Positions 10,209-21,192 of a stretch of DNA of 64,000 bases are shown here, one piece after another (within the stretch, counting starts at the first letter, position 1; each line of letters opens with the position of its first letter). Both the position numbers and the translations under genes were made by a program. Origin of the DNA: Acidobacteriota bacterium (GTDB taxonomy: Bacteria > Acidobacteriota > Thermoanaerobaculia > Gp7-AA8). The DNA lies in contig JAFATB010000020.1 in NCBI GenBank assembly GCA_019244185.1, positions 32,001 to 96,000 on the forward strand. The letters are read 5' to 3'. The notes beneath the pieces were generated by a model. It searched no databases. It was given only the letters and a program-made list of their open reading frames with translations, and was not told the origin of the DNA.

Positions 10209-10301
10209 ACTCCCGTCTCGCGAGCGTGCGCACGATCACATCGCCAGCGCGCGCGTGCCGTACAATCAGGCGTCCAAAAACAACCGGAGGAGACCCAACT
10301 C

Positions 10302-11069
10302 ATGCGTCGCACCATTCCAGTCGTTCTCTGTCTCGGACTCGCGCTCGCCGGCTGCAAGGCGAAAGAGCTCGCCGAGAAAGCCTCGATCTCGAAAGACCTC
10401 GACAAGCGCGGGACCACCGATCTCATGCAGGAGATCTCGAAAGACCAGTACACCCCGCCGGCGGATGGCCGCCTTTCCGACGCGCAGATCCAGATGTATT
10501 TGAAAGTGCGCGAGCAGGAAAAGAAGATCGCCCAGGTGGCGAAGGATGAGATGAAGAAGCACGCCGACGACGCGAAAAAGTCGGGCGAGAAGTCGATTGC
10601 CGGCATGATGGACGGCTTCAAGGCCCTCGGCTCCGCGGCGGACTTCGTGACCGCCGATCTGCGCGCCGCGAAAGACCTGGGCTACAACACGCAGGAATAC
10701 CTCTGGGTCAAGCAGCAGGTGCTCGCCGCGAGCACGGCCGCCATGTCCGAGAAATTCAGCGAAGGCATGGCCGCGAGCTTCGACAAAGCGTACGGCGAAG
10801 CGAAGAAAGCGTACGACGAGGCGAAGGACGAGCAGACCAGGAAGTTGTATGCCGATGTCCTCGCCGGCTACGACAAATCGAAGCAGGAGATGCAGGCGCA
10901 GCACAACGAAGACCCGGCCGTCGCGTACAACCGCCAGCTGCTCTCGAAGTACGAGAATGCGCTGAACGCGTACGCGCAGGAGCTGTCGAAGTACGAAGAC
11001 AAGCCGGGCGAGGCGCAGAAGAGCGTTCAGGACTTCGCGAAGCAGATGGACGCGCAGAAAAAGCAGTAA
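10302..11069 (+). CDS. Alpha-helical lipoprotein, unknown function
   Basis: GGAGGAG upstream; lipobox LAGC; strong host-like codon usage. Confidence 0.85.
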   Translation: MRRTIPVVLCLGLALAGCKAKELAEKASISKDLDKRGTTDLMQEISKDQYTPPADGRLSDAQIQMYLKVREQEKKIAQVAKDEMKKHADDAKKSGEKSIAGMMDGFKALGSAADFVTADLRAAKDLGYNTQEYLWVKQQVLAASTAAMSEKFSEGMAASFDKAYGEAKKAYDEAKDEQTRKLYADVLAGYDKSKQEMQAQHNEDPAVAYNRQLLSKYENALNAYAQELSKYEDKPGEAQKSVQDFAKQMDAQKKQ

Positions 11070-12169
11070 TGCAGCTCGCCTGCTCCGCGTGCGACTTCAC
11101 GTCGCCGATCCGCGAACTCGTTAATCTTTGTCCGTACTGCACGAGCCCGTTGCTCGTGCAGTACGACTTCGCGCCGCGTCCGCGCATCGCGGCGGGCCGC
11201 AACGACATGTGGCGGTACCGCGACGTGCTCCCCGAGGTCGCGGATGAGGAGATCGTGAGTCTTGGTGAGGGAGTGACACCGCTGCTCGCCTCGCGCACGC
11301 GCCCGGGCGTCTACATCAAAGACGAGAGCAAGAACCCGACGCGCTCGTTCAAGTCGCGCGGCATGTCCGCCGCGGTGACGATGGCGAAGAAGCTCGGCGC
11401 GCGGTCGCTGGCGGCGCCGACGGCGGGGAATGCCGGCGCGGCGCTCGCGGCGTACGGCGCGCGAGCGGGGCTGCCGGTCTTCGTGGCCATGCCTCCGGAC
11501 ACGCCGAGCTCCATCGTGGAGGAATGCCGCGGATACGGAGCGACGGTGGAATTGATCCCGGGCGTCATCACCGACGCCGCGAAGCGCGTGCGTGAGTACG
11601 TCGCGGAACACGGCGGCTTCGATCTGGCGACGCTGCGCGAGCCGTATCGCGTCGAGGGGAAGAAGATCATGGGCTACGAGCTGCTCGATGATCTCGGCGC
11701 GCTACCCGATGTGATTCTGTACCCCACCGGCGGCGGCACGGGTCTCATCGGCATGTGGAAAGCGTTCGACGAGATGGAGCGTCTCGGCTGGATCGATGCC
11801 CGGCGGCCGCGGATGTTCAGCGTGCAGTCGAGCGGTTGCGCGCCGGTCGTGCGCGCGTTCGAGCAGGGTCTCGACCGCGCGCCGGAGTGGGAGTCGCCGA
11901 AGACGACCGCGTGGGGCCTGCGCGTGCCGCGCGCCCTCGGCGATCGGCTGATGCTGCACGCGTTGCGCACGTCGAACGGCGGCGCGATCGCGGTGGACGA
12001 GGCGCGGATCGAGGATGCGGCGGCGGCGCTGCGCGTGAGCGAGGGCATCGACGCGGGTCCGGAGAGCGGCGCGGCGTGGCTCGCGTACGAGGAGTTGCGG
12101 GCGCGCGGCGCGATCGGCGCGGACGAGAGCGTGGTCGTCTTCAATACCGGCGCGAACAAGTACCGGTGA
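11069..12169 (+). CDS. thrC: Threonine synthase (PLP, fold II)
   Basis: SLGEGVTPL, KDESKNPTRSFKSRG, PTAGNAG, EGKK, YPTGGGTG, FNTG; N-terminal CxxC..CxxC. Confidence 0.85.
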   Translation: MQLACSACDFTSPIRELVNLCPYCTSPLLVQYDFAPRPRIAAGRNDMWRYRDVLPEVADEEIVSLGEGVTPLLASRTRPGVYIKDESKNPTRSFKSRGMSAAVTMAKKLGARSLAAPTAGNAGAALAAYGARAGLPVFVAMPPDTPSSIVEECRGYGATVELIPGVITDAAKRVREYVAEHGGFDLATLREPYRVEGKKIMGYELLDDLGALPDVILYPTGGGTGLIGMWKAFDEMERLGWIDARRPRMFSVQSSGCAPVVRAFEQGLDRAPEWESPKTTAWGLRVPRALGDRLMLHALRTSNGGAIAVDEARIEDAAAALRVSEGIDAGPESGAAWLAYEELRARGAIGADESVVVFNTGANKYR

Positions 12170-12259
12170 CGCGCGTCACGACCGTTTGTAAACGCTGGTC
12201 TTACATTGCACGTCAAGTCATCGGGGTGTTCCCTTTCAATCGAGAGTCCGGAGATCGGA

Positions 12260-15200
12260 ATGAGAAAGCTCTTTCTCCTGGTGTTGTGCGTGGCGGTCGT
12301 GTGCGCGTTTGCAGGCGCCGCGGCGGCGCAGTGTCCGAGCATCACGCCCGTCTCGCCCGGCAACATGCAGAGCAACGTGCCGCGCGGAGACAACGGAAGC
12401 GTGACGCTGACCTGGAACGCCGTCGCCGGCGCGAATCACTACGAAGTCCACTTCGGTCCCATGGGCTCCGGCTGCGGCGCGTCGCCGGTGGGCAACGTCA
12501 CGACCACCCACTTCTCGCCGGATGGTCCGCTCGACGACGGTGTCATGTACGAGTGGCGCGTGCAGGCCATCGGCGTTCCGACGTGCGCCACGCCGCCGGA
12601 CTCGGGCTGCTCCACCTTCACCACCACCTCCTGCCCCACCCCGCCCAACCTCACCGCGCCTCCCGACACCACCATTCCGTACGGCTCGGTCACGCTGCAG
12701 TGGGATCCCTCGCCAAACGCCACGAGCTACGAGGTCTTCGTCGGGTTCGACAGCTACTCGCCGACGACGATGGGCTACACGACCGCGACGTCGAAGACGA
12801 TCGTCGTCGGACCGGGCCACTACATCGACTGGTACGTGCGAGCGCGCGCCACCGCGTGCGATGACGCCGAGTCGGTGCACGCGATGTTCAACACCTCGTG
12901 CCCGTCGACGCCGCCGCAGCTGCAGTCGCCCGGCGACGGCGCGACGCTGCCTGCATCCAACGTCGTCAACTTCAGCTGGACCGCCGTCCCCGGCGCATCG
13001 AGCTACGACCTCAAGATGTCGCCCGACGGCGGCACGACGTGGAACGTCGTCCTGTCGAACATCCACACCACGACCATCAGCGAATCGATCCCCGCGGGCG
13101 AATACCTGTGGGAGATCCGCGCGAACTTCGAAGGCGACTGCGACGCGCTCTACGCCGATCCGCGCACGCTGCACGTCGTCGGCGCCAGCTCGTGCGACGA
13201 CAATCATCCGGCGGAGCTGCTCTCGCCCGACAACGGCGCGGAGCACGTGGCGAACCCGGTGATGTTCGAGTGGTCGTCCGTGCCGAACGCGACGAGCTAC
13301 AGCCTCTTCGTACAGCGCGACAACGGCTCGCCGCAGCTCCTCGCCACCACCACCAACACGCACTACGAAGCGACGCTCGCCGCCACGACCGTGCACTGGA
13401 AAGTCGAGGCGTCGTTCGACGGCTGCCCGGGCGAGACGTCCGACATCCAGTCGTTCACGATCGGCACCGATACCTGTCCTGCGAATCCCGGCATCGCGAC
13501 GCTCGTCTCGCCGGCGAACAACGCGGGCGGCCTCAGCTCGCCCGTCACGTTCCGCTGGAACCCGGTCGCGGGCGCGACGCGCTACACCGTCTACGCGCTC
13601 TATCCGAACGCGCAGCCGCGCGAGCTCGGCGACACCGACGACACGCAGCTGAGCGCCGAGCTGACCACCGGCACCGGCCTCTGGTACGTGCAGACGCACT
13701 TCGGCGACGACTGTCCGACCACGCTCAGCGACCGCCGCGTCTTCACCGTCACCACCGGCGCCAATTGCACCAGCGCGCCGCCGCAGCTCACTGCGCCCGC
13801 GAACGGCGCGCATCTGCCGACGCCCGTCACCTTCGCATGGAGCGACGTCCCCGACGCGACCTCGTATCAACTCTTCGTCGCGGTCGGCGACGGCGGCTTC
13901 TCGCTCTACGGCGAAACCTCCGACAACTCGATCGAGCGCACGCTTCCGACCGGCAACATCAAGTGGTTCGTCGTGGCGAAGCTCGCGGCGTGTCCCGAGC
14001 TGCGCAGCGCGATCGGCTTCTTCGCCGTCATCGACGAGGTGAGCTGCCCCGACGGCACGATCGCGCTCACCGCGCCCGCCGCGGATGCGACGACGTCCTC
14101 GCCCGTGCACTTCGCGTGGAGCGCGGTCGCCGGCGCGACGTCGTACCGCGTGTGGGCGTCGTCGCACGACAGCGTCCCCGCGATCGTGGCGCGCACGAGC
14201 GCAACTGAAACCACCGTCGGTCTGCCCGCGGGCAGCTTCACGTTCTACGTCGAAGCGCTGCGCGATGGCTGCACGTCGATCCTCTCCGACGAGCGCGGGT
14301 TCACCGTCGCGCGCGCGCAGGGCTGCGAGAACCGTCCCGCGCCAACGCTCGTGTTTCCCGCCGGCACCGCGCAGCAGCCCACCGCGATCCACACGACGCC
14401 GGTCACGCTGACGTGGAACGCGGTGCCCGACGCGATCGGCTATCGCGTCTGGGTCGCGGGCGACGATCTCGCGTTCGCCGACGTCGCGCTGACGCGCGAT
14501 ACGCACTACGACTTCGAGGCCACGCGCGGCTCGTTCGTCTGGTTCGTGCAGGCGCTCTTCGACGGCTGCGATCCTGTCGCGTCGGCGCGCGCGTTCTTCA
14601 CCGTCGACATCGCCGAAGGGGAATGCCCCACCGGCGTCCCGACGATCACCTCGCCCGCCGAAGGCGCGACCGCGACCTCGCCCGTGACGTTCGCGTGGAC
14701 GGGCGTCGACGGCGCGAAGAAGTACCGTCTCTTGGTCTCCCTCAACGACGGCGAGCCGCAGCTCCTCGGCACCACCACCGACACCGAGCTGACGCGCATC
14801 CTGCCGCCGGGCAGCATCACCGCGAGCGTCGAAGCCGTGTTCGACGAATGCCCGTCGACGTTCGCCGCGCGCGTGCACTTCACGATTCCGCGCTCGCAGA
14901 GCTGCTCCGACACCGGCGCCGTGCTCGTCACGCCGCCCGACGGCGCGATGGGCGTCGCGAACCCGGTCGACTTCAGCTGGCAGCCGGTCAGCGGCGCGCT
15001 GCGCTACGTCGTCGTCGCCTCGCTCGACGGCGGCGCGCCGACCGCGCTCGGGACGACCGAGGACACGCACTTCTCGCGGAAGCTCCCGGTGGGACACATC
15101 GAATGGTTCGTGGTCGCGCTCTTCGCGAGCTGCGAGCCGGTCGAGTCGCAGCACTTCACGTTCGACATCGCGGACGGCGGCGCATGCGCGCACCGCGCGC

Positions 15201-17569
15201 CGATTCTGCTCCGTCCTACATCCGAGAATCAGATCACCGCGGGCGCGGTGTCCTTCCTCTGGACGCCGGTGCCCGATGCGACCGGCTATCGTCTGTGGGC
15301 GTGGAAGGGCGGCTCCGATCCGGCGATCGTCGCCTCGACCACCGAGCCCAAAGCGACCGTCAACCTCGGCACCGGCACGTACGCCACGTACGTCGAGGCG
15401 CTGTTCGACGGCTGCCCGTCGACGGAGTCCGCGATCAGCGAGTTCACCGTGCTGCCGGCGCCGCCGTGCGGCACGCCCGCGCGTCCGACCGCGACGGTGA
15501 TCGGCCAGGCGCTCAGCAACACGACCTACACCGTGAGCTGGGACGCGCTGCCGAACGTCACCACGTACGAGATCCAGGAAGCGACGAAGCCCGACTTCTC
15601 CGACGCCGCCACCTTCACCACGAACGACGTCTCCAGGCGCTTCTCGCATGAGGTCACGACCGGCGTGCGGCAGTACCTCTATCGCGTGCGCGGCGTGAGC
15701 ACGTGCAACGATCAGCGCGGGCGTTACTCGGAGATCGTCGGCGTCTTCATCGTCGCGTCGAAGACGAACAACGGCAGCGCGGAAGTCGGCTCGACCGAGC
15801 ACGTCACGCAGACGGTCTTCCTCCCCGGCAGCGACGCGAATCCGCCGTTGCACTTCAGCGTCACCGCCGACAAGCCGTGGATCACCATCACGCCGTCGTC
15901 GGGCCTGCTGCCGCCTGAAGGCATCACGCTCACGATCAGCGCCGATCCCACCGCCCTCGCCCTCGGCACGAACACGGGCACGATCCACGTGCAATACACC
16001 GGCGCCGCCGCGACGCGCTTCGCGTCGCATGCGTCGACGGTGACGACCGTGCCGATCTCCGTCAGCCTCGTCACGCCGGTCGAGCCGACCGGTCAGGGCA
16101 CACCGCCGCCCGATGCGCTCATCTTTCCCGTCGTGGGACACGCCGCCGGCGTGAATGATTCGCTCTTTGAATCCGACATCCGCGTCACGAACCTCACCGC
16201 GCAGACGATGCGCTACGCGGTGAGCTACACGCCGACCGGCACGAACGGCACGCAGACCGGCAGCTCGACCGAGATCGAGATCCTGCCGAATGCGACCATC
16301 GCGCTCGACGACATCATCTCCAGCGTCTTCGGCACCGGCACAACCTCGAGCACGCTGGGCATGCTCGAGCTGCGTCCGCTCACGACGTCCGCCGACGCGC
16401 CCGCGCCGTTCGGCGCCTTCGCGTCGACGATCCGGCAGCTGACCACCGCCGCGTCGAGCCGCACGTACAACTTCACGCCGAACGGCACGTTCGGACAGTT
16501 CATCCCGGCGACGCTCTTCTCCGACTTCGTCGGCCGCTCGACGACCGGACCGAATCCGATCCTCTCGCTGCAGCAGGTCGCGCAGTCGAGCGCCTACCGC
16601 GCGAACTTCGGCTTCGCGGAAGCGTCCGGCCAGCCCGTCGATCTCAGCGTGCGCGTCTACGACACGGCGAACACGCTGCTGGCCACCATCCCCGTGTCAC
16701 TGCAGGCCGGCGAGCACCGCCAGATCAACGGCATGCTCGCGCAGAACGGCGTCGACAACCTCACCGACGGCCGCGTCGAAGTGGAAGTCGTCGGCGGCGA
16801 AGGCAAGGTCACCGCGTACGTCTCCGAGATCGACAACAAGACCAACGATCCGCTGCTCGTCTCGCCCGTCGTCAAAGGCGCGGTCGCATCGAAGCGCTGG
16901 GTCGTGCCGGGCATGGCCGTCATCAACAACGGCGTCGCGAACTGGGTCAGCGACCTGCGCATCTTCAACGCCGGCGCGGCGACCGACGCGACGGTGACGT
17001 TCTATCCGCAGGGCGACCCCGGCGCCGCGGTGCAGAAGCAGATTCACCTCGAGGCCGGCGAGATCAAGGTGCTCGACAACGTCGTCGGCTCGTTCTTCGC
17101 GCAGCCGAACGGCCTCGGCGGCGCGATCGCCATCGATACGCCGCAGGACAGCCTGCTCACCGCCACCGCGCGCACGTACAACCAGACCGGCAACGGCACC
17201 TACGGCCAGTACATCCCCGGCGTCACGCCCGCGCAGTCGGTCGGCATGAACGACCGCGCGCTGCAGCTGTTGCAGCTCGAGCAGTCGTCGCGCTTCCGCA
17301 CGAACATCGCGGTCGTTGAAACGTCCGGCGCGCCGGCGACGGTCGAGGTCACGGCCATCGTGCCCGACTCGCTCGCCTCGCCGGTGATCACGATCCCGCT
17401 CGCGGCGAACGAGTTCCGCCAGTTCTCCCTCGGCGACTTCGGCTTCACCGACGCCGCCTACAACGCGCGCGTGACGGTGAAGGTCATCGCCGGCGACGGC
17501 CGCGTGACCGCGTACGGTTCCGCGATCGACGCCACGACGCAAGACCCGACGTACGTACCCGCGCAGTAG
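12260..17569 (+). CDS. Large secreted surface protein: ~12 Cys-containing FN3/Ig-like repeats, BACON-like domain, duplicated C-terminal domain
   Basis: Signal peptide MRKLFLLVLCVAVV; 12 copies of F.W..V.GA..Y motif; FSVTADKPWITITPSSG; two related C-terminal units (FESDIRVTN / WVSDLRIFN ... VTAY.S.ID..T.DP). Confidence 0.9.
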   Translation: MRKLFLLVLCVAVVCAFAGAAAAQCPSITPVSPGNMQSNVPRGDNGSVTLTWNAVAGANHYEVHFGPMGSGCGASPVGNVTTTHFSPDGPLDDGVMYEWRVQAIGVPTCATPPDSGCSTFTTTSCPTPPNLTAPPDTTIPYGSVTLQWDPSPNATSYEVFVGFDSYSPTTMGYTTATSKTIVVGPGHYIDWYVRARATACDDAESVHAMFNTSCPSTPPQLQSPGDGATLPASNVVNFSWTAVPGASSYDLKMSPDGGTTWNVVLSNIHTTTISESIPAGEYLWEIRANFEGDCDALYADPRTLHVVGASSCDDNHPAELLSPDNGAEHVANPVMFEWSSVPNATSYSLFVQRDNGSPQLLATTTNTHYEATLAATTVHWKVEASFDGCPGETSDIQSFTIGTDTCPANPGIATLVSPANNAGGLSSPVTFRWNPVAGATRYTVYALYPNAQPRELGDTDDTQLSAELTTGTGLWYVQTHFGDDCPTTLSDRRVFTVTTGANCTSAPPQLTAPANGAHLPTPVTFAWSDVPDATSYQLFVAVGDGGFSLYGETSDNSIERTLPTGNIKWFVVAKLAACPELRSAIGFFAVIDEVSCPDGTIALTAPAADATTSSPVHFAWSAVAGATSYRVWASSHDSVPAIVARTSATETTVGLPAGSFTFYVEALRDGCTSILSDERGFTVARAQGCENRPAPTLVFPAGTAQQPTAIHTTPVTLTWNAVPDAIGYRVWVAGDDLAFADVALTRDTHYDFEATRGSFVWFVQALFDGCDPVASARAFFTVDIAEGECPTGVPTITSPAEGATATSPVTFAWTGVDGAKKYRLLVSLNDGEPQLLGTTTDTELTRILPPGSITASVEAVFDECPSTFAARVHFTIPRSQSCSDTGAVLVTPPDGAMGVANPVDFSWQPVSGALRYVVVASLDGGAPTALGTTEDTHFSRKLPVGHIEWFVVALFASCEPVESQHFTFDIADGGACAHRAPILLRPTSENQITAGAVSFLWTPVPDATGYRLWAWKGGSDPAIVASTTEPKATVNLGTGTYATYVEALFDGCPSTESAISEFTVLPAPPCGTPARPTATVIGQALSNTTYTVSWDALPNVTTYEIQEATKPDFSDAATFTTNDVSRRFSHEVTTGVRQYLYRVRGVSTCNDQRGRYSEIVGVFIVASKTNNGSAEVGSTEHVTQTVFLPGSDANPPLHFSVTADKPWITITPSSGLLPPEGITLTISADPTALALGTNTGTIHVQYTGAAATRFASHASTVTTVPISVSLVTPVEPTGQGTPPPDALIFPVVGHAAGVNDSLFESDIRVTNLTAQTMRYAVSYTPTGTNGTQTGSSTEIEILPNATIALDDIISSVFGTGTTSSTLGMLELRPLTTSADAPAPFGAFASTIRQLTTAASSRTYNFTPNGTFGQFIPATLFSDFVGRSTTGPNPILSLQQVAQSSAYRANFGFAEASGQPVDLSVRVYDTANTLLATIPVSLQAGEHRQINGMLAQNGVDNLTDGRVEVEVVGGEGKVTAYVSEIDNKTNDPLLVSPVVKGAVASKRWVVPGMAVINNGVANWVSDLRIFNAGAATDATVTFYPQGDPGAAVQKQIHLEAGEIKVLDNVVGSFFAQPNGLGGAIAIDTPQDSLLTATARTYNQTGNGTYGQYIPGVTPAQSVGMNDRALQLLQLEQSSRFRTNIAVVETSGAPATVEVTAIVPDSLASPVITIPLAANEFRQFSLGDFGFTDAAYNARVTVKVIAGDGRVTAYGSAIDATTQDPTYVPAQ

Positions 17570-17599
17570 AGAGCGTGATCAGCGAAGGTGCCGCGGAAC

Positions 17600-18643
17600 T
17601 TACCGCGGCACCTTCGAGAGGAACGTCTCTTCGCTGATGTAGAGCGCGCACGCATCCACTTCAAAGAGATCCGAGCCGATGCTCGACGTGCGGATCAGCT
17701 GCGGCGTTCCGCCCGCGAGCGGCACGCGCATGATCGACGCGTCTTCCGAATCCACGCCGGAGCGGATGAAGTAGACCGTGCCGTCTTCGACGCGCGGCCC
17801 GCCTTCGATCGCGTCGTCGAGCACGAGCGGCGTGATCGCGCCGTCCGCCTTCGCGATGCGGAAGAGACCCGCGCCGCTATCGGTCGCACCCAGCGTGACG
17901 ATCGAGTCGCCCGCGTCGTCGATGGGACCGGCCGAGATCGCGTCCGTCACGTGCACCACCGGCCCTCCCGCTTTCGCCACGCGCCGCAGTCCCTGCGCCG
18001 GATTGCCGGTCGCATCGCCGGACTCGCTGAACCAGATGTCGTCTCCGTCGAGCAGCAGCTCGATCGGCGCGGAGAGATTCGACGCGAGCGTGACGCGTCC
18101 GACCCCGTCGTTGCGCACGCCTTCGATCTTGCCGTCCGGCTCAATGGTCTGGTTGTCGATCGAGATCGTTCCCACCGACACCCAGTACACGTACGTACCA
18201 TCGGTGGCGATGGAGAAGGGAGCGATGACATCCGACGCGATGACCTCGACGTCGGACTTCGGCCGAGGCAGCGCACCGATGATGACGTCCGGCTTCTGGA
18301 TCTTCAGGATCGCGCCGGCCGGCAGCGGATCGTCGAAGGTCGGCGGAATCGCGCCGATGTAGATGTGCGTGCCGTCGACCGTCATCGAGAGCACGAGCCA
18401 GTCGGAGAGATCGGCGATCTCCTCCACCTCCCCGCCGTTCTTCGGCACGCGATACAGCGACCCGAAGTCTTCGGCGAAGTACACGTAGCGATCGTCCGTC
18501 GTGAAGACGCTGGTCACCGTCTCCGCGAGCGGCGCGTTGAGGAACACGCAGCGCGAGCCGTCGCCCGGCGTGACGGCGCGATGTTTCGCGAAGGCGGGCA
18601 ACGCGAGAGCGAATGCGAGCACGAGCAGCGCTTGTTTCTTCAT
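17600..18643 (-). CDS. Secreted beta-propeller-like protein
   Basis: Signal peptide ending AFA; repeated DD/DG.YVYF/W and YRVPK.GG blades. Confidence 0.8.
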   Translation of the reverse strand: MKKQALLVLAFALALPAFAKHRAVTPGDGSRCVFLNAPLAETVTSVFTTDDRYVYFAEDFGSLYRVPKNGGEVEEIADLSDWLVLSMTVDGTHIYIGAIPPTFDDPLPAGAILKIQKPDVIIGALPRPKSDVEVIASDVIAPFSIATDGTYVYWVSVGTISIDNQTIEPDGKIEGVRNDGVGRVTLASNLSAPIELLLDGDDIWFSESGDATGNPAQGLRRVAKAGGPVVHVTDAISAGPIDDAGDSIVTLGATDSGAGLFRIAKADGAITPLVLDDAIEGGPRVEDGTVYFIRSGVDSEDASIMRVPLAGGTPQLIRTSSIGSDLFEVDACALYISEETFLSKVPR

Positions 18644-18781
18644 CGGTGCGCGGAGTCTACGCCGCACGATTCACGGAACCTGGAAAACATCCGTGAACGC
18701 CGTGGCGGCTTCATCCGCCGCACGCGCTCATGACAAGATGCGGGCGCGCCCTATAATGCGCGCCGCACACGGAGGTACCCC

Positions 18782-20173
18782 TTGGCAGAACAGCAATACG
18801 ACGTACTCATCATCGGCAGCGGACCGGGCGGCTACGTCGCCGGAATCCGCGCCGGGCAGCTCGGTCTCAAAGTCGGCGTCATCGAGAAGGATCCCTTCCT
18901 CGGCGGCACCTGTCTGCACCGCGGCTGCATCCCCACGAAATCGCTCCTCGAGAACGCCGACATCTGGCAGAAGATCCAGAAGGCGAAGGACTTCGGCATC
19001 ACCGTCGGCGACGTGACGATCGACTTCTCGCAGGTTCAGAAGCGCAAGCAGAGCGTCGTCGACAACAACGCCAAAGGCATCGAGTTCCTCTTCAAGAAGA
19101 ACAAGGTCGAGCGCATCACCGGCTTCGGCAAAGTCATCGACCGCAACACCGTCGAGGTCGACGGCAAGAAGCTCAAGACGAAGAACATCCTGCTCGCGAT
19201 GGGCTCCGTGCCGAAAGACCTGCCGCACATCAAGGCCGACGGCAAGCGCATCATCAACTCCGATCACATCCTGAACCTCGACCACATCCCCGCGTCGATG
19301 CTCGTCATCGGCGCCGGCGCCGTCGGCTCCGAATTCGCGTCGATCTTCTCGCGCTTCGGCACGAAGACCACCATCGTCGAAGTGATGCCGCAGCTCCTGC
19401 CGATCGAAGACGAGGAGATCGCGAAGGAGTTCACGCGCATCTTCAAGAAGAAAGGCGTCGACGTCCTCACCGATGCGAAAGTGCTGTCGTGCGAGGTCAC
19501 TGACAGCGGCGTGAAGTCCGTCGTCGAGACCAAAGGCAAGCAGCAGACGATCGAGACGGAGCTCGTGCTCTCCGCGACCGGCCGCGGCCCCGTGACGTCG
19601 AACTGCGGACTCGAGAACCTCAAAGGCGTGCAGCTCGACAAGCGCGGCTACATCAGCGTCGATCCGCTCATGCGCACCGGCGAGCCGAACGTCTACGCGA
19701 TCGGCGACATCGTCCCCACGCCCGCGCTCGCGCACTGCGCGTCCGCCGAAGGCATCCTCGCCGTCGAGCACATCGCTGGCAAGGAAGTGCGTCCGATCAA
19801 CTACGACCACGTGCCGAATGCGACGTACACCGACCCCGAGGTTGCGTCGGTGGGCCTCACGGAAAAGAAGGCGAAGGAACGCGGGTACGACGTGAAGATC
19901 GGCAAGTTCCCGTTCACCGCGAACTCGAAGGCGAAGATCGTCGGCGAGGCGAGCGGCCTCGTGAAGTACGTCGTCGACGCGAAGTACGACGAGATCCTCG
20001 GCGTGCACATCGTCGGACCGAAAGCGACGGAGCTGATCGTCGAGGCGTGCGCCGCGCTGGAGCTCGAGGCGACCAGCGAGTCGATCGCGAAAACCATTCA
20101 CGCGCATCCGACGCTCTCCGAGGCGCTCATGGAAGCGGCGGAGGACGTCGCGGGACACGCGATTCACTACTGA
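18782..20173 (+). CDS. lpdA: Dihydrolipoamide dehydrogenase (E3)
   Basis: GSGPGGYVA, GGTCLHRGCIPTK, GAGAVG, HAHPTLSE; GGAGG RBS, TTG start. Confidence 0.97.
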   Translation: MAEQQYDVLIIGSGPGGYVAGIRAGQLGLKVGVIEKDPFLGGTCLHRGCIPTKSLLENADIWQKIQKAKDFGITVGDVTIDFSQVQKRKQSVVDNNAKGIEFLFKKNKVERITGFGKVIDRNTVEVDGKKLKTKNILLAMGSVPKDLPHIKADGKRIINSDHILNLDHIPASMLVIGAGAVGSEFASIFSRFGTKTTIVEVMPQLLPIEDEEIAKEFTRIFKKKGVDVLTDAKVLSCEVTDSGVKSVVETKGKQQTIETELVLSATGRGPVTSNCGLENLKGVQLDKRGYISVDPLMRTGEPNVYAIGDIVPTPALAHCASAEGILAVEHIAGKEVRPINYDHVPNATYTDPEVASVGLTEKKAKERGYDVKIGKFPFTANSKAKIVGEASGLVKYVVDAKYDEILGVHIVGPKATELIVEACAALELEATSESIAKTIHAHPTLSEALMEAAEDVAGHAIHY

Positions 20174-21192
20174 TGACTGAAGTTCTCACCAGCACCAACA
20201 CCCACGGTCTCGAGCGCGATCAGCTGCTCTCGATCGACTACTACCTGCGCCTCACGCGCACGCTCGAAGAGCGGCTCGTGGCGCTCTTCCGCCAGGCTAA
20301 AGTCATCGGCGGCCTGTATCGCTCGCTCGGCCAGGAAGGCGAATCGGTGGCCGCGGCGTTCGCGCTCGACTACAAGCAGGGCGACGTCGTGCAGCCGCTC
20401 ATCCGCAACATGGGCGCGATCCTCGTCGCCGGCGCCAAGCCGGCCGACATCATCAAGCAGTACATGGCCAAGGGCGACAGCCCGACGCGCGGCCGCGAGC
20501 TGAACATCCACTTCGGACATCCGGCGCGCGACGGCTTCATCGGCCAGATCTCGCAGCTCGGCGACATGATTCCGGTGATGGCCGGCATCACGCTCGCGGG
20601 CCGCATGCAGAAGAAGAACCTCGTCGGCCTTGCCTTCATCGGCGACGGCGGCTCGTCGACGGGCGCGTTCTACGAAGGGATGAACTTCGCGAGCGTGCAG
20701 CAGTTGCCACTCGTCGTCGTCATCGAGGACAACGGCTTCGCGTACTCGACGCCGACCAGCAAACAGACCGCGGCGAAGACGCTCGCCGACAAGGCGTACG
20801 CGTTCGGCTGCGCGGGCGAGACCGTCGACGGCAACGACGTGCTGGCGGTGTACGGCGCCGCGAAACGCGCCGTCGATCGCGCGCGCGCGGGCGGCGGCGT
20901 CACGCTCCTCGAGGTGAAGACCTTCCGCATGAAGGGTCACGCGGAGCACGACAACCAGGCGTACGTCGAGCCGGAGCTGATCGAGCAGTGGAAGGCGAAG
21001 GATCCGGTGGCGCGCTACGAGCGCGTGCTCCTCGAGCTCGGCGCCGCGACGCAGGACGACTTCACGCGCATCCAGGAGCGCGTGCGTCACGAAGTCGACG
21101 TCGCCACGGACGAAGCCGAACGCTCGCCGATGCCGAAGCCGGAAGAAGCAACGCGAGGACTCTTCGCGGGAGACGGATACTGGGATGCCTGA
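20173..21192 (+). CDS. pdhA: 2-oxoacid (pyruvate/branched-chain) dehydrogenase E1 alpha
   Basis: GQEG, TPP motif GDGGSSTG...EDNGFAYST, DGNDV, RMKGHAEHD; substrate not resolved. Confidence 0.88.
   Translation: MTEVLTSTNTHGLERDQLLSIDYYLRLTRTLEERLVALFRQAKVIGGLYRSLGQEGESVAAAFALDYKQGDVVQPLIRNMGAILVAGAKPADIIKQYMAKGDSPTRGRELNIHFGHPARDGFIGQISQLGDMIPVMAGITLAGRMQKKNLVGLAFIGDGGSSTGAFYEGMNFASVQQLPLVVVIEDNGFAYSTPTSKQTAAKTLADKAYAFGCAGETVDGNDVLAVYGAAKRAVDRARAGGGVTLLEVKTFRMKGHAEHDNQAYVEPELIEQWKAKDPVARYERVLLELGAATQDDFTRIQERVRHEVDVATDEAERSPMPKPEEATRGLFAGDGYWDA

Noticed and set aside
12236-16141. 1301-aa minus-strand ORF
   Set aside because: Shadow of the large secreted repeat protein
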